Virus record (IMG/VR): IMGVR_UViG_3300050821_010655
Span: 12,697-76,696 of that record
DNA: 64,000 nt
Reading direction: 5' to 3' (one strand)
Source of the DNA: a virus
The notes beneath the pieces were generated by a model. The model saw only the letters and a program-made list of their open reading frames with translations, was not told the DNA's origin and ran no database searches. Made by a program: the position numbers and the translations under genes. Shown in pieces: positions 9,143-17,834 of this stretch. Each line of letters opens with the position of its first letter. Position 1 is the stretch's first letter.

Positions 9143-9910
9143 TTATGGTTTCTTGCCGTCAAAAACAAACCCAAGCAGGGCTTTGCCCATTTTTAGATTT
9201 GTCTCAACCTCCTGATCATTCGCCCGCGAACGCGCCTTGCGTACCGCCCGAATCGTCTGTTCCGCCCGATCAAGAATCTCCGATTTTTCAGCCGGGGTGA
9301 TCAACCCGGACCACTCTTGCTCCGAGATAGTGCCAACCACCAAGTCAACAGGCACGAGTTGCGTCTGCGCCGGGTGCTCTTTGGTTGGCTCGTGCAACAC
9401 CACCACCCGCACGTCTTTCTTGGTCCGTGCTTTGTTTACTTCGCGAGCCTTATAAATTCCACCGCCGCGTTGGGGGTCGTCCTGAAATCCCTTGGCGGGA
9501 TCGAGCGTCGGAATCGCCTTGGACAAATGAAGCACCCAATCGGTCAGCCGCTTTTCCAATTCCAAAAGGGCGGTGGCGGGAATGTCTTTGAGCAAGACCG
9601 TTCCGGCGTCATCGTCCAGAACCACATCGGCTCGTGCCTTGGTGTTGGCGTCCGCCACCTGCAACCCGGCATCCATTGCCTTTGCCAAATGTGGAACAAT
9701 CCATGCCAGTTCTCTACGCACCGTGCTTTGAATATCCGACTGCGCTTCGGTGGTGGCGGGTTTGCCCTCTTCGTTGGATTGGAAAGTGGTTCGCTTTTCC
9801 TCAAACAGATGGCGTTTCTTTTCAAAGGTGTTCGCCAAATCGGTTCGGGTTTGAATGGCTTGGGTTTCCAGATTTCCTTCGGCAGCTAACAGTTCGTGTA
9901 GTTTCGTCAT
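9143..9910 (-). CDS. conserved helical protein of unknown function, adjacent to the ncRNA
   Basis: KLHELLA, LLELEKRL, IPTLDP, RTKK, HPAQ, WSG, AVRKARSRAN motifs recall an uncharacterised family seen in actinomycetes and phages; has its own promoter. Confidence 0.8.
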   Translation of the reverse strand: MTKLHELLAAEGNLETQAIQTRTDLANTFEKKRHLFEEKRTTFQSNEEGKPATTEAQSDIQSTVRRELAWIVPHLAKAMDAGLQVADANTKARADVVLDDDAGTVLLKDIPATALLELEKRLTDWVLHLSKAIPTLDPAKGFQDDPQRGGGIYKAREVNKARTKKDVRVVVLHEPTKEHPAQTQLVPVDLVVGTISEQEWSGLITPAEKSEILDRAEQTIRAVRKARSRANDQEVETNLKMGKALLGFVFDGKKP

Positions 9911-9954
9911 ATTTTTGTGCTCTGCGGTTTATGGTTTCTCGGTCAACTGAAACC

Positions 9955-9988
9955 ACCTTGCCACACCAAGCCGAAAGGTGTCAATACA
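9955..9988 (-). promoter_or_regulatory. promoter TGTATTGACA-N18-CAAGGT
   Basis: Member of the repeated motif family. Confidence 0.65.
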
Positions 9989-10126
9989 TTGTTCAACTTT
10001 TTATTCCAACCACTCCTGACCTGCCGCTGATTGAAATTTAACCCCTCGAATTGCCCATAAAACCGCCCTGTCCTGCGCCACAAATCGTTTGAGACGGGCT
10101 TTTATTGCAAAAAGGTAGTCAGACAC

Positions 10127-10166
10127 CAAGAAAACGCCCCGGCAGGCCGAGAAACCCACCGGGGCG
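10127..10166 (-). terminator. intrinsic terminator
   Basis: CGCCCCGG-N16-CCGGGGCG followed by TTTTCTT. Confidence 0.7.
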
Positions 10167-10205
10167 CACCACAACGAATGAACGATCCGCTTCGCTATAC
10201 GCGAG
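10127..10205 (-). ncRNA. candidate ~80-nt small RNA
   Basis: Lies between a TTGACG-N18-TAAGGT promoter (10241-10212) and a terminator; two small hairpins. Confidence 0.4.
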
Positions 10206-10244
10206 AGCCTCACCTTACCGCACTTCAACCGCTGGCGTCAAGCC

Positions 10245-10424
10245 CTAATCCCGCACGCTTTGCAGGGGCGGTTCCGCCGTGTCGGTCACTGGCTGGTTCA
10301 AAATCTTCTGCTTAATCTCTTTACGCATCACCCGCATGGCGAGCACCGTCTTGGTGCAGTGCTCCGACGATTCATCAAGACTGGCCAGTTGCTCCTTAAG
10401 GTGGCGCAGTTCCTTGCGATTCAT
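10245..10424 (-). CDS. small coiled-coil hypothetical protein
   Basis: MNRKELRHLKEQ start just after the stop of the upstream gene. Confidence 0.5.
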   Translation of the reverse strand: MNRKELRHLKEQLASLDESSEHCTKTVLAMRVMRKEIKQKILNQPVTDTAEPPLQSVRD

Positions 10425-10426
10425 AA

Positions 10427-11062
10427 TCACTCCACGTTTTTGTTCCACCAGTCGTACAGCCCTTTCAAGATCGGGTGAAATCCATATTGTTTCATCTCGA
10501 CATAAGCCGTTGCTTCGGTCCAGTGATCCGACCAAACACGATAGACACCGCAAACCAAACCAGTACGATCGTTTCCACCAGCACTCTTGAGTACCGCATC
10601 TATTCTTGAGCGAGTGCGGCTGTCGCTTCCGCAATGGACGTAACAATGCCCAACCTGCATAATCGCTACCGCCTTGGCCACCGTGCTTACTTTGGGTCCA
10701 CCCTCCAACTGTTCACCCACCGAGATTGGAAAACGATAGACCTTCATGCCCATCCGTTCAGCCAAGTTGTCACTGCCCTCGGCGTCGGTGTTGAGCTTCA
10801 CCACGCTTCGCACCCCCGCCAGCCAGATATTGGTCCAACCCTGCGCCGTGGGTTGACCGCCACGCAGGATTACTTTGTCGGCGTCAACGGTGTGGAGGTT
10901 GGGGATTGGCGGAAGTGGTGTTGTGCAACAGGACTCCAGCAAAAGGCAAAACCACGCGCCCAGCCAAAGCAGATTGCGTTGGAGCAGGCGAATGCGTATG
11001 TTACGGAGCACAGCGCAACAGGAACTACACATCCGCACCGCAATCAGCCAGGGAGGGCGCAT
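10427..11062 (-). CDS. protein tyrosine/dual-specificity phosphatase-like protein with an interrupted P-loop
   Basis: LRGGQPT, GVRSVVKLN, YVHC...GGNDRTG, W....AY.EM..YGFH; start uncertain. Confidence 0.75.
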   Translation of the reverse strand: MRPPWLIAVRMCSSCCAVLRNIRIRLLQRNLLWLGAWFCLLLESCCTTPLPPIPNLHTVDADKVILRGGQPTAQGWTNIWLAGVRSVVKLNTDAEGSDNLAERMGMKVYRFPISVGEQLEGGPKVSTVAKAVAIMQVGHCYVHCGSDSRTRSRIDAVLKSAGGNDRTGLVCGVYRVWSDHWTEATAYVEMKQYGFHPILKGLYDWWNKNVE

Positions 11063-11083
11063 GGCAAAATATCAACCGGGATA

Positions 11084-11776
11084 TCATTTCCCCTTTGGCT
11101 CAATAATGATTAGCCGCACCCTGTCTTTGTTGGTGCTATAGAGGTGAACCAGTTCGGCGGGGGTATAGACCGTCATGGGCACCAACTTGAGGGTGTGACC
11201 GCTCGGCGTGGAGAGGACGTAGAAATTGGTATTCGCCCCTGAATTGGTGCTTAACAAGTGGACTGGAATCTGCGGCGGTCGCATGAAGTGCTGGGGCATT
11301 GGCGGAACCTGAACTGATTCTGCAATCACCTCGGGTTCGTTGGAAACGTAAGCCATGTTCTTGGCCGTGAACTTGGCTTCGCAACTGGGGCACTTCAACT
11401 TCACCAGCCGGTGATAGTTCGTCCCGCCCGGAGCCAGTTGAAAACTGTTGGTGGCGATACTTAACGAAGGTCCGGTAAATGGACGCTTGCAGGACGGACA
11501 GCGGACGGTGAACAACTCCTGCGCCGAGCAGGAGAGCCACATCAATGACGCTATCACCAGTGGCATTATCTTCCTCATCGCGCTTTCCATCTTGCCTCTG
11601 TGGACTTTGTTTTTCATGTTTTTGCCTTCCTTTTCATAACACTCAATACAGATGGGATATTTACTGCCCTTGTGTACCGGGTCGGGAAACCATTTCATTT
11701 TGTCCTTGGTGAGCTTTCGCCTGCAAGGTCCAGTACACTCATAAAGTTTTGATTTAGATTTGCGCTCACGCTTCAT
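11084..11776 (-). CDS. Zn-ribbon/membrane hypothetical protein
   Basis: CxxxC, CxxC x3 and a central hydrophobic segment. Confidence 0.5.
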   Translation of the reverse strand: MKRERKSKSKLYECTGPCRRKLTKDKMKWFPDPVHKGSKYPICIECYEKEGKNMKNKVHRGKMESAMRKIMPLVIASLMWLSCSAQELFTVRCPSCKRPFTGPSLSIATNSFQLAPGGTNYHRLVKLKCPSCEAKFTAKNMAYVSNEPEVIAESVQVPPMPQHFMRPPQIPVHLLSTNSGANTNFYVLSTPSGHTLKLVPMTVYTPAELVHLYSTNKDRVRLIIIEPKGK

Positions 11777-11970
11777 GTTCTTTTCTCTGGGGGTCCAAAT
11801 TTGCATGAGTAAGCCCTGACTACTTCGTCCCTGACTTTTTCCATTGCCTCGACTGCCAGTCGGTATTCTTCGTTGGCAGAATTGTAATCGCCCGGATAAA
11901 GGCTCATCGCTTTTAGCGCCTTCACCTCTTCATCTGAAAGGGTGAGATCAATTTGAAATGCACCGCTCAC
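11773..11970 (-). CDS. hypothetical protein
   Basis: Packed ORF. Confidence 0.5.
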   Translation of the reverse strand: MSGAFQIDLTLSDEEVKALKAMSLYPGDYNSANEEYRLAVEAMEKVRDEVVRAYSCKFGPPEKRT

Positions 11971-11971
11971 T

Positions 11972-12181
11972 CTATTTTTGATTTATCTGCTTCTCCAACT
12001 CCGCTATGCGTTCCAATTCATGCTTTTGGTCTGTCTTACATTGGGCAATGGCGCTGTAGAATGCAGGCAAACCCGCGGAAGGAGTGTCGTCTATGCTTTC
12101 TTCCAAAGACGACTGCTCCTCCCGCAATCGGCTCAACCGATCCAGGCAGTTCTTTAACTGGAGATTCAACCAGTCAGGCAT
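11972..12181 (-). CDS. coiled-coil hypothetical protein
   Basis: Packed ORF. Confidence 0.55.
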   Translation of the reverse strand: MPDWLNLQLKNCLDRLSRLREEQSSLEESIDDTPSAGLPAFYSAIAQCKTDQKHELERIAELEKQINQK

Positions 12182-12423
12182 CAGGGAGGAGTTAACGCCA
12201 GAAACGCCTTGCCTTGGTCGCTATTGGGGTCAATCCCAGCGGCGACCAACGCTTGGAGCATATTGCTGCGGGCGCTGTTCTTTGAGAGCGCGATTAAACC
12301 ATCCCATTGTGCTTGGCTCGGTGCGGTCGGACTGGAGAATATTCCAGAAATGGCCGCAACCACTTCGGGTCCATATTTTTCAAGCAGGCTCAAGAGCAGA
12401 GGAGCGAGTGTTACCCAGTTCAT
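12181..12423 (-). CDS. hypothetical protein
   Basis: Packed ORF, amphipathic N-terminus. Confidence 0.55.
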   Translation of the reverse strand: MNWVTLAPLLLSLLEKYGPEVVAAISGIFSSPTAPSQAQWDGLIALSKNSARSNMLQALVAAGIDPNSDQGKAFLALTPP

Positions 12424-12776
12424 GGCAGACCTCCTTTCGCTGCGGTGATTGAGTTGAGAACGTTTGTTCCTGCCATCAGCACATTTGCCGGGGCAGGACT
12501 CGTGAGGTTGTTTTCAGCCGCCACCACAGCCAGTCCAAAAACCTGCTGAAAGGTATTAAAGTACTGGCTGACTTGCGGAACCGAATTGGTTGCAACCTGA
12601 TGACTAACCACCAACAGCGTGTACGAATAGTCCGCTGCGTTGACGGCATTGCCGATAGCCGCCAAGGATGTGTAAGCCGCCGATTGAGGCGTTGACGATT
12701 TGAAGATCCCGCAACCTGCAAGCAGGAGGCAGGACACTGCCAGTGATGGCAATGTGCATTTAAGTTTTTTTGTCAT
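12420..12776 (-). CDS. lipoprotein (possibly spanin-like)
   Basis: Lipobox LLLAGC. Confidence 0.65.
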   Translation of the reverse strand: MTKKLKCTLPSLAVSCLLLAGCGIFKSSTPQSAAYTSLAAIGNAVNAADYSYTLLVVSHQVATNSVPQVSQYFNTFQQVFGLAVVAAENNLTSPAPANVLMAGTNVLNSITAAKGGLP

Positions 12777-12784
12777 GTTTTGTT

Positions 12785-12985
12785 TTACTTGTAACCACCG
12801 GCCTCGTTTTCAAGGTCAGCGATAGTTTTTAGAATATCCTTCATCATGTCGGGATACTCCTTGAGCGCCTTTAGCATGTCATCCCTGTGTCCGAAACAGA
12901 TTCTTTCCACGTTGCAGGGCTTTCTTGGAGCTGTCCTGCAAGCAGAAAGTCCAATCAGCATCAGGATGAATGCGGCTCGTTTCAT
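12785..12985 (-). CDS. small lipoprotein (possibly o-spanin-like)
   Basis: MKRAAFILMLIGLSAC lipobox. Confidence 0.6.
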   Translation of the reverse strand: MKRAAFILMLIGLSACRTAPRKPCNVERICFGHRDDMLKALKEYPDMMKDILKTIADLENEAGGYK

Positions 12986-12998
12986 GTTGTCAGTTTAT

Positions 12999-13241
12999 TC
13001 AGGAGTTCCAACGGATGTGAGGCCCTCCAGCCAGCCCCAGTAGAATGTTAATCAGGATGATAACCGCCGCAATGGCGAGAATAACTCGCGCCACTTTAGC
13101 AAACGGTTCAGGCAATGCGATGTAGTTTATCAGCCACCACAGCAGCCAGAACACCACTCCGATCACAATGAGGTAAATCAGTCCATGAATCACGGACTCC
13201 CCACTTACGTTCATGTCGGCCAGTATTAACGCGAGGTTCAT
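12999..13241 (-). CDS. two-TM small membrane protein
   Basis: LIVIGVVFWLLWWLINYI.LPEPF.KV..VIL. Confidence 0.7.
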   Translation of the reverse strand: MNLALILADMNVSGESVIHGLIYLIVIGVVFWLLWWLINYIALPEPFAKVARVILAIAAVIILINILLGLAGGPHIRWNS

Positions 13242-13292
13242 TGTTTCCTTTTGGGTTGAGCAGCCTGCATAAAGTATGTAACTCGTGATCGG

Positions 13293-13673
13293 TCACACTG
13301 CGATTGCCCCCTTGGGCGCGGTTCTCACCACTTTGGGAATATCCTCATCCTCTTTGGCGGCGACCGCCACGGTTGCGGTGTCGTCAGGACCAGGCACGGA
13401 CCAAAATACCTCGTAACTGGTTTCGACAATATGATCGTGCCCCTTGCGGCGGACCACCACCTTGGCTTCCTTGTTGCCGGGCTCTCCTTCTCCGTGGAAA
13501 AAGACAGCAAACTTTTTGTCCGTTCCCTTGGGGTCAACCGTGGCGACAGATTCACCGAACGGAACAATAGTAGCGTAGGTTCCGTCATCATTCTTCAATA
13601 CCGGGTTGGCAAAGGTGAAATCCACCTTGCGCCTCTTGCCTGCAAGAACTGTTCCTAACTTTAATGTTTCCAT
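13293..13673 (-). CDS. hypothetical beta-rich protein
   Basis: ORF with upstream AACGAAAG. Confidence 0.6.
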   Translation of the reverse strand: METLKLGTVLAGKRRKVDFTFANPVLKNDDGTYATIVPFGESVATVDPKGTDKKFAVFFHGEGEPGNKEAKVVVRRKGHDHIVETSYEVFWSVPGPDDTATVAVAAKEDEDIPKVVRTAPKGAIAV

Positions 13674-13713
13674 GTTTTTTCTTTCGTTTGTTGTTTAAGT
13701 TGAACTGCAAATC

Positions 13714-14223
13714 TTAGGGCACGGGAGGTGGTTTCGGAGCCGCCAAATCTCCAGCCTTCTGTTGAACTTGATCTTTAATCTCACGCAACCCCACCCCAGC
13801 CAATCCATAGGCTGCTCCGATTAATGGACCTGCGTTGTTCATGCCCGCCAATCCAAGCAGATAGTCCGCTCCCGCCCCCAATAGTGGCGCAAGAATCGGC
13901 AAAGCCCAGCCAGGTAACTTCGGTATCTCCTGCTTTGCTAGGGCGATTAATAACGGCACGGCAATTCCAACCAACATCATCCACGGGTTGCTCGCCACCG
14001 TAGGTTGCCCCGGCTTGAGCACAATCGGGGCATTAGTGCTCGCCTGTGGGGTGCTGGACACCACTGCGGCGGTATTGGTCGCCGGATGATTGGTGGGAGC
14101 CTCGGCATTCCAAATGATATAGGGATTGGTTGGGTTAATCTGGGCGGGCAGTCTGGATGGCAGAAGGCAGGCAAAGGCAACCAACACGGTTAAGGTGAAG
14201 TGCCAGATTGTTCTCATGGTCAT
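13714..14223 (-). CDS. holin-like membrane protein with a signal-like N-terminus
   Basis: VPLLIALAK..IP.LP.WALPILAPLLG...GLAGVGLRE. Confidence 0.55.
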   Translation of the reverse strand: MTMRTIWHFTLTVLVAFACLLPSRLPAQINPTNPYIIWNAEAPTNHPATNTAAVVSSTPQASTNAPIVLKPGQPTVASNPWMMLVGIAVPLLIALAKQEIPKLPGWALPILAPLLGAGADYLLGLAGMNNAGPLIGAAYGLAGVGLREIKDQVQQKAGDLAAPKPPPVP

Positions 14224-14248
14224 AATTTACAGTTTTTTTGTTATAAGG

Positions 14249-14563
14249 TCAAACACCGGTTGTTTTGGGAATAGGTTGAACTTTGGAAATTGGATTTAGA
14301 CTAATCTGTTCCTGAGTACCATAAAACGGAGGCGAGCTGTCTGAGGACGGAGGTAACGGATTGGCGGACCACCATTGAAAAAACCGGATGCCACCGTTAA
14401 TCGCAAATGTGCCCGTAAGCATCTTGAAAAAGTTAGGACTTAAAAATGCCCAGTCCTTCGAGTCGATCAACCACGCGGTCAATGTGGATACGATAGCTGC
14501 GGCACCGCCATGAATCAATGTCTCAATACCAGCCCTAAGCCATTTGCGCGTTGCGTTTGTCAT
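14249..14563 (-). CDS. holin-like membrane protein
   Basis: Two hydrophobic segments followed by NPLP. Confidence 0.5.
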   Translation of the reverse strand: MTNATRKWLRAGIETLIHGGAAAIVSTLTAWLIDSKDWAFLSPNFFKMLTGTFAINGGIRFFQWWSANPLPPSSDSSPPFYGTQEQISLNPISKVQPIPKTTGV

Positions 14564-15039
14564 GGCTTTTTGAGAATTAATCCGATGACTCCAATGGCAA
14601 TAATTGCCAGAGTAATCACCAATGCCCAGGTGGCGTTGACCCCCGCCGTTCGGCCTTTTGTCTCTGATAAAATTTTCTTCACCTCCTCTATTTTGTCGTT
14701 CAGACCATCGAACTTGGCGACCGCTTCCGGACGCGGAACCATCTCCTTGTATTGAGCATCCATCTTCCGAGTCAGGTCATTGTGGCTGGCGTTGTAATTA
14801 TTCTGAAAGCCCTCCTGTTTCAGAATCGCCTTGTCGGATGCCGCCAGAGCCGAAGCCGTAGCTTCTTTTTGAGCAGCCAAGGCGTTCTTGGTTTCCCTTT
14901 CCTGGCCGTCGAATCGCTCTTTGTAACGAGTGTCACGCTCGTTCATAAGCTCTTTGAAAGCGTAAAACTCAGCCGCAAGTTGATAAATGTCCGGGGATCG
15001 AAACCTGCAATTCTCCACTCTCTGGTTGTCGTCGCTCAT
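14560..15039 (-). CDS. coiled-coil protein with C-terminal TM
   Basis: Heptad-rich, ends WALVITLAIIAIGVIGLILKKP. Confidence 0.65.
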   Translation of the reverse strand: MSDDNQRVENCRFRSPDIYQLAAEFYAFKELMNERDTRYKERFDGQERETKNALAAQKEATASALAASDKAILKQEGFQNNYNASHNDLTRKMDAQYKEMVPRPEAVAKFDGLNDKIEEVKKILSETKGRTAGVNATWALVITLAIIAIGVIGLILKKP

Positions 15040-15371
15040 TGTTTGTATTTCCCATCGGCAGGCGGTCCGATGCGGTGACGCAGCCCTTCAATCTCTCTTT
15101 TCAAATCAGTAATTTCATTGTCGCGAGCGGAGATCTCAGACCTGAATTCTGATCTCGTAATGAACTCGCGCATCGAGAATACAATCTCTGACAGAGTTTT
15201 CCCTTGGTCGTCCTGAATCTTCTCCATGTGATCCAGGTGCCGGGATGCACCCCATCCGATGATGATCATCAGGATGCCGAGCAGCCCGCTAAACGCCGAT
15301 ACAACTATGGTGTTTAGGTTTATCTTCATGAATTTCTCTGGACTGTTGTGACTTAGGGTTTGATGTCCCAT
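15036..15371 (-). CDS. N-terminal TM plus coiled-coil protein
   Basis: TM then F.TRSEF coiled region; lysis-region position. Confidence 0.6.
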   Translation of the reverse strand: MGHQTLSHNSPEKFMKINLNTIVVSAFSGLLGILMIIIGWGASRHLDHMEKIQDDQGKTLSEIVFSMREFITRSEFRSEISARDNEITDLKREIEGLRHRIGPPADGKYKQ

Positions 15372-15372
15372 A

Positions 15373-16083
15373 TCATTTTAGGACGTTAATCTGTAACCTA
15401 AAGTACATCTTCGGATCAGGCGAGTTGGTAAGCCCAAGCGCATTTCTGAAGTTGGTAAATGGACCGTTAAGGTTGATGGCTGACTGGACCTGGACCAAAT
15501 AAACAAGGTTGCTGACCGGCACGGTGTAGCTTACCTCGGGACTGTAATCGCCTTCAAGACCATTATAGAGTTTGCTGGTCGCCGCGAAATAATACGTCGC
15601 CCCGGCCACAAGCGGTCCAATCCTCGCCGTGGTGTTGGTCGCCGGGCCGACCGTCACCGAGTTGGTATAGGCCAGACTGACGCCGCCCCAGTGGATTCCA
15701 TAGGCAGTTATCAATGGATCGGTGTCCGCAATCCATGCGAGCGTGACCCCGGGGCCGGATGGAGGCACCAAAGACATATCCATAGCCCGCCTGGGTATCT
15801 TTGAAAAGCTGGGAGGTATCGGCGGAGATTTTGGTTTAGGCGCAGCACAACCTCCGGCAATTAGCATGGACGCCACAATCATGAATCGCGCAATGCGATG
15901 CTTGAGCGCATATTGAACCAACAGGGCTACTGAATAAATCCCAAGCCTCCGCTTCACTTTAAGCAGGTGGTCGTCGATTGTTTTTGGGCTGAGTTTAATT
16001 GCAAATGCCGCTTCCTTGCGGTTCTTTCCTTCCGCAATGAGCTTGAGCACCTGTTGCTGGCGCGGGCTGAGAGTGCTTTTCAT
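15373..16083 (-). CDS. LuxR-type HTH fused to a lipobox-like segment and a fibronectin type III domain
   Basis: LSPRQQQVLKLIAEG...A..I.LSPKTI..H; MIVASMLIAGGC; VTLAW...Y.IHWG...YTNS...L..GATYYFAAT...GLE.DYS.EVSYT. Confidence 0.75.
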   Translation of the reverse strand: MKSTLSPRQQQVLKLIAEGKNRKEAAFAIKLSPKTIDDHLLKVKRRLGIYSVALLVQYALKHRIARFMIVASMLIAGGCAAPKPKSPPIPPSFSKIPRRAMDMSLVPPSGPGVTLAWIADTDPLITAYGIHWGGVSLAYTNSVTVGPATNTTARIGPLVAGATYYFAATSKLYNGLEGDYSPEVSYTVPVSNLVYLVQVQSAINLNGPFTNFRNALGLTNSPDPKMYFRLQINVLK

Positions 16084-17834
16084 TTGATGTTCATCCCGCT
16101 CGTACTCCCGCTGCTCCATTGCTGGCCCATGGCCACCTGGCCCCCACCCGCCGGAGGGTCCACGCCGTAAACGTCCCGGTAGCCTGCCGGTATGTTGGTG
16201 TAGCTGCTCGAATATGCGGGCGAGGCCGGGTCCACCGCAGGCCACGCCAGGAATCCGAACCATGCAGGCTTGCTGGCGAGATAGTAACTCGGCGGAAGGT
16301 CGGCGCTCGCAAATCCATCCGGCACAATACCGCTATTCGTGGCCGTGGCGCTGGTCCAGTTGTATGCCCGAGTCAAAGTACTGCGCGGAAGCAGGTCGGT
16401 TACGGCGGCGTTGCAACTCACGTCCCACCACCCTAGGTAATAGATCGCGTTGGCCTTGCAGCCGCCAGCTTGCCCGGCGTAATCCTCATAATTCGTGGTA
16501 ATGCCGGTTGTGCCAAGGACGTTCCCAATGCTGCATTCGTAACGGTTGGTGACGTTCGCGGCGAAGGCGTATTGAAGCCCCTCCCCCGTTCCGGCGCTTG
16601 GATTGTAGCCAAGCGTACGGCTCCTGAACGCCACGTTGCGAGACGACCCACCCCAGGTGTTATCGAAGCCAATCGCTGGCGAATAGTTCCCTTCGTAGAG
16701 GTTCATGTTCGGGTTGCCGCCATGCTGCAAGAGTCCCTGCAAAATCACTGTGAAGAATGGAACCTGATTCGTCATCACGTTGTAAGCCCAGACCCCTCCG
16801 TGCGAGCCGTTCGGGTAAAGCCCAGTGTTGACCGAACGGGAGATGTTGTTCTGCACGAGTATCCCGGCGCTGGCCCTGGTTCCGAATCCATAGGTATCAA
16901 GCCCGGCAGTTGCGTCACATGTGCAATGGTCAATCTGACAGCGCAAGGTCCAATGAGCATAAATCGCGGGAGTGTGCTGAGTCGTTCCCAAGTGGACGAC
17001 GACGTTCGACATCCAGCAATCGACCGCGCAATTGAAATCCGCTCGGCCTTGGCTGAAAGTGCAGTTGGCAATCCAGGATTTCCGCACCGGCCCGCCCGAG
17101 TTGAACCGCCATACCTGCGGCTGCTGGCTTGACCCATATTGAAGATTCACGTTCTGGTTGTTCCAGTTGGTCATGTAGAGCGGTTCGCGCAGCGTGATCG
17201 TGGTGCCGTTAATGGCCGTGATGTAGTTGACCTGAAACTGAGCGCGGTCCCTTCCGTCATTGGGGAAACTGACACTCGTGTATTCGTAGAGCGAGTAGGG
17301 TCCGTTGGATGAGTTGCCGTAAATGTCTGTGTCCACGTCGTCGTTTTGGTCCAGCACAATCATCTGGCCCACGGCGTATCCGTTCACACCTGCCACAGTG
17401 ATTTGCGTCGTTCCCTGCGAGTAGCCCGCCGTCCAGTTCGTGTGATTGCCGGTGCTCGGCGTCACCGTTTCGTTCACGCCCCACCATTGCCAGTTGCCTA
17501 TTTGCGCGTCAGGATAGTTCGCGCTCGTGAACGTCACCCCTGGAGCGCCGTTCAATCCAACGCCGTCGTTGAAGATGTTGATCGTCGTGCCGCCCAAATT
17601 GTAAGTGCCGTTCGTGGCGAGTTGCACGTAGCTGTTGCTCGGACAGGTGCTCAGAGCGGTGTTGATGTTGCCACCAGAGGCCAGCAGGATCGGCGTCATG
17701 CTGGATAACGGAGGGATGCCGCCAGGGACGCCGACTTGATTGGTCCAGCCTGTTCCTGCGGGCTTCTGGACCTGCTGTAAGGGGTCCGAGGCGAGCGCGG
17801 AAAGAGCAAAGAAGAATGGAAGTAGGTAACGCAT
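16080..17834 (-). CDS. secreted right-handed beta-helix (pectin-lyase-like) protein, possible tailspike/depolymerase
   Basis: Signal MRYLLPFFFALSALA; GVPGGIP, INTAL..CP...V.L..GTY, N-rich beta-helix pattern, LPPSYYL.SKPAWFG. Confidence 0.7.
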   Translation of the reverse strand: MRYLLPFFFALSALASDPLQQVQKPAGTGWTNQVGVPGGIPPLSSMTPILLASGGNINTALSTCPSNSYVQLATNGTYNLGGTTINIFNDGVGLNGAPGVTFTSANYPDAQIGNWQWWGVNETVTPSTGNHTNWTAGYSQGTTQITVAGVNGYAVGQMIVLDQNDDVDTDIYGNSSNGPYSLYEYTSVSFPNDGRDRAQFQVNYITAINGTTITLREPLYMTNWNNQNVNLQYGSSQQPQVWRFNSGGPVRKSWIANCTFSQGRADFNCAVDCWMSNVVVHLGTTQHTPAIYAHWTLRCQIDHCTCDATAGLDTYGFGTRASAGILVQNNISRSVNTGLYPNGSHGGVWAYNVMTNQVPFFTVILQGLLQHGGNPNMNLYEGNYSPAIGFDNTWGGSSRNVAFRSRTLGYNPSAGTGEGLQYAFAANVTNRYECSIGNVLGTTGITTNYEDYAGQAGGCKANAIYYLGWWDVSCNAAVTDLLPRSTLTRAYNWTSATATNSGIVPDGFASADLPPSYYLASKPAWFGFLAWPAVDPASPAYSSSYTNIPAGYRDVYGVDPPAGGGQVAMGQQWSSGSTSGMNIK

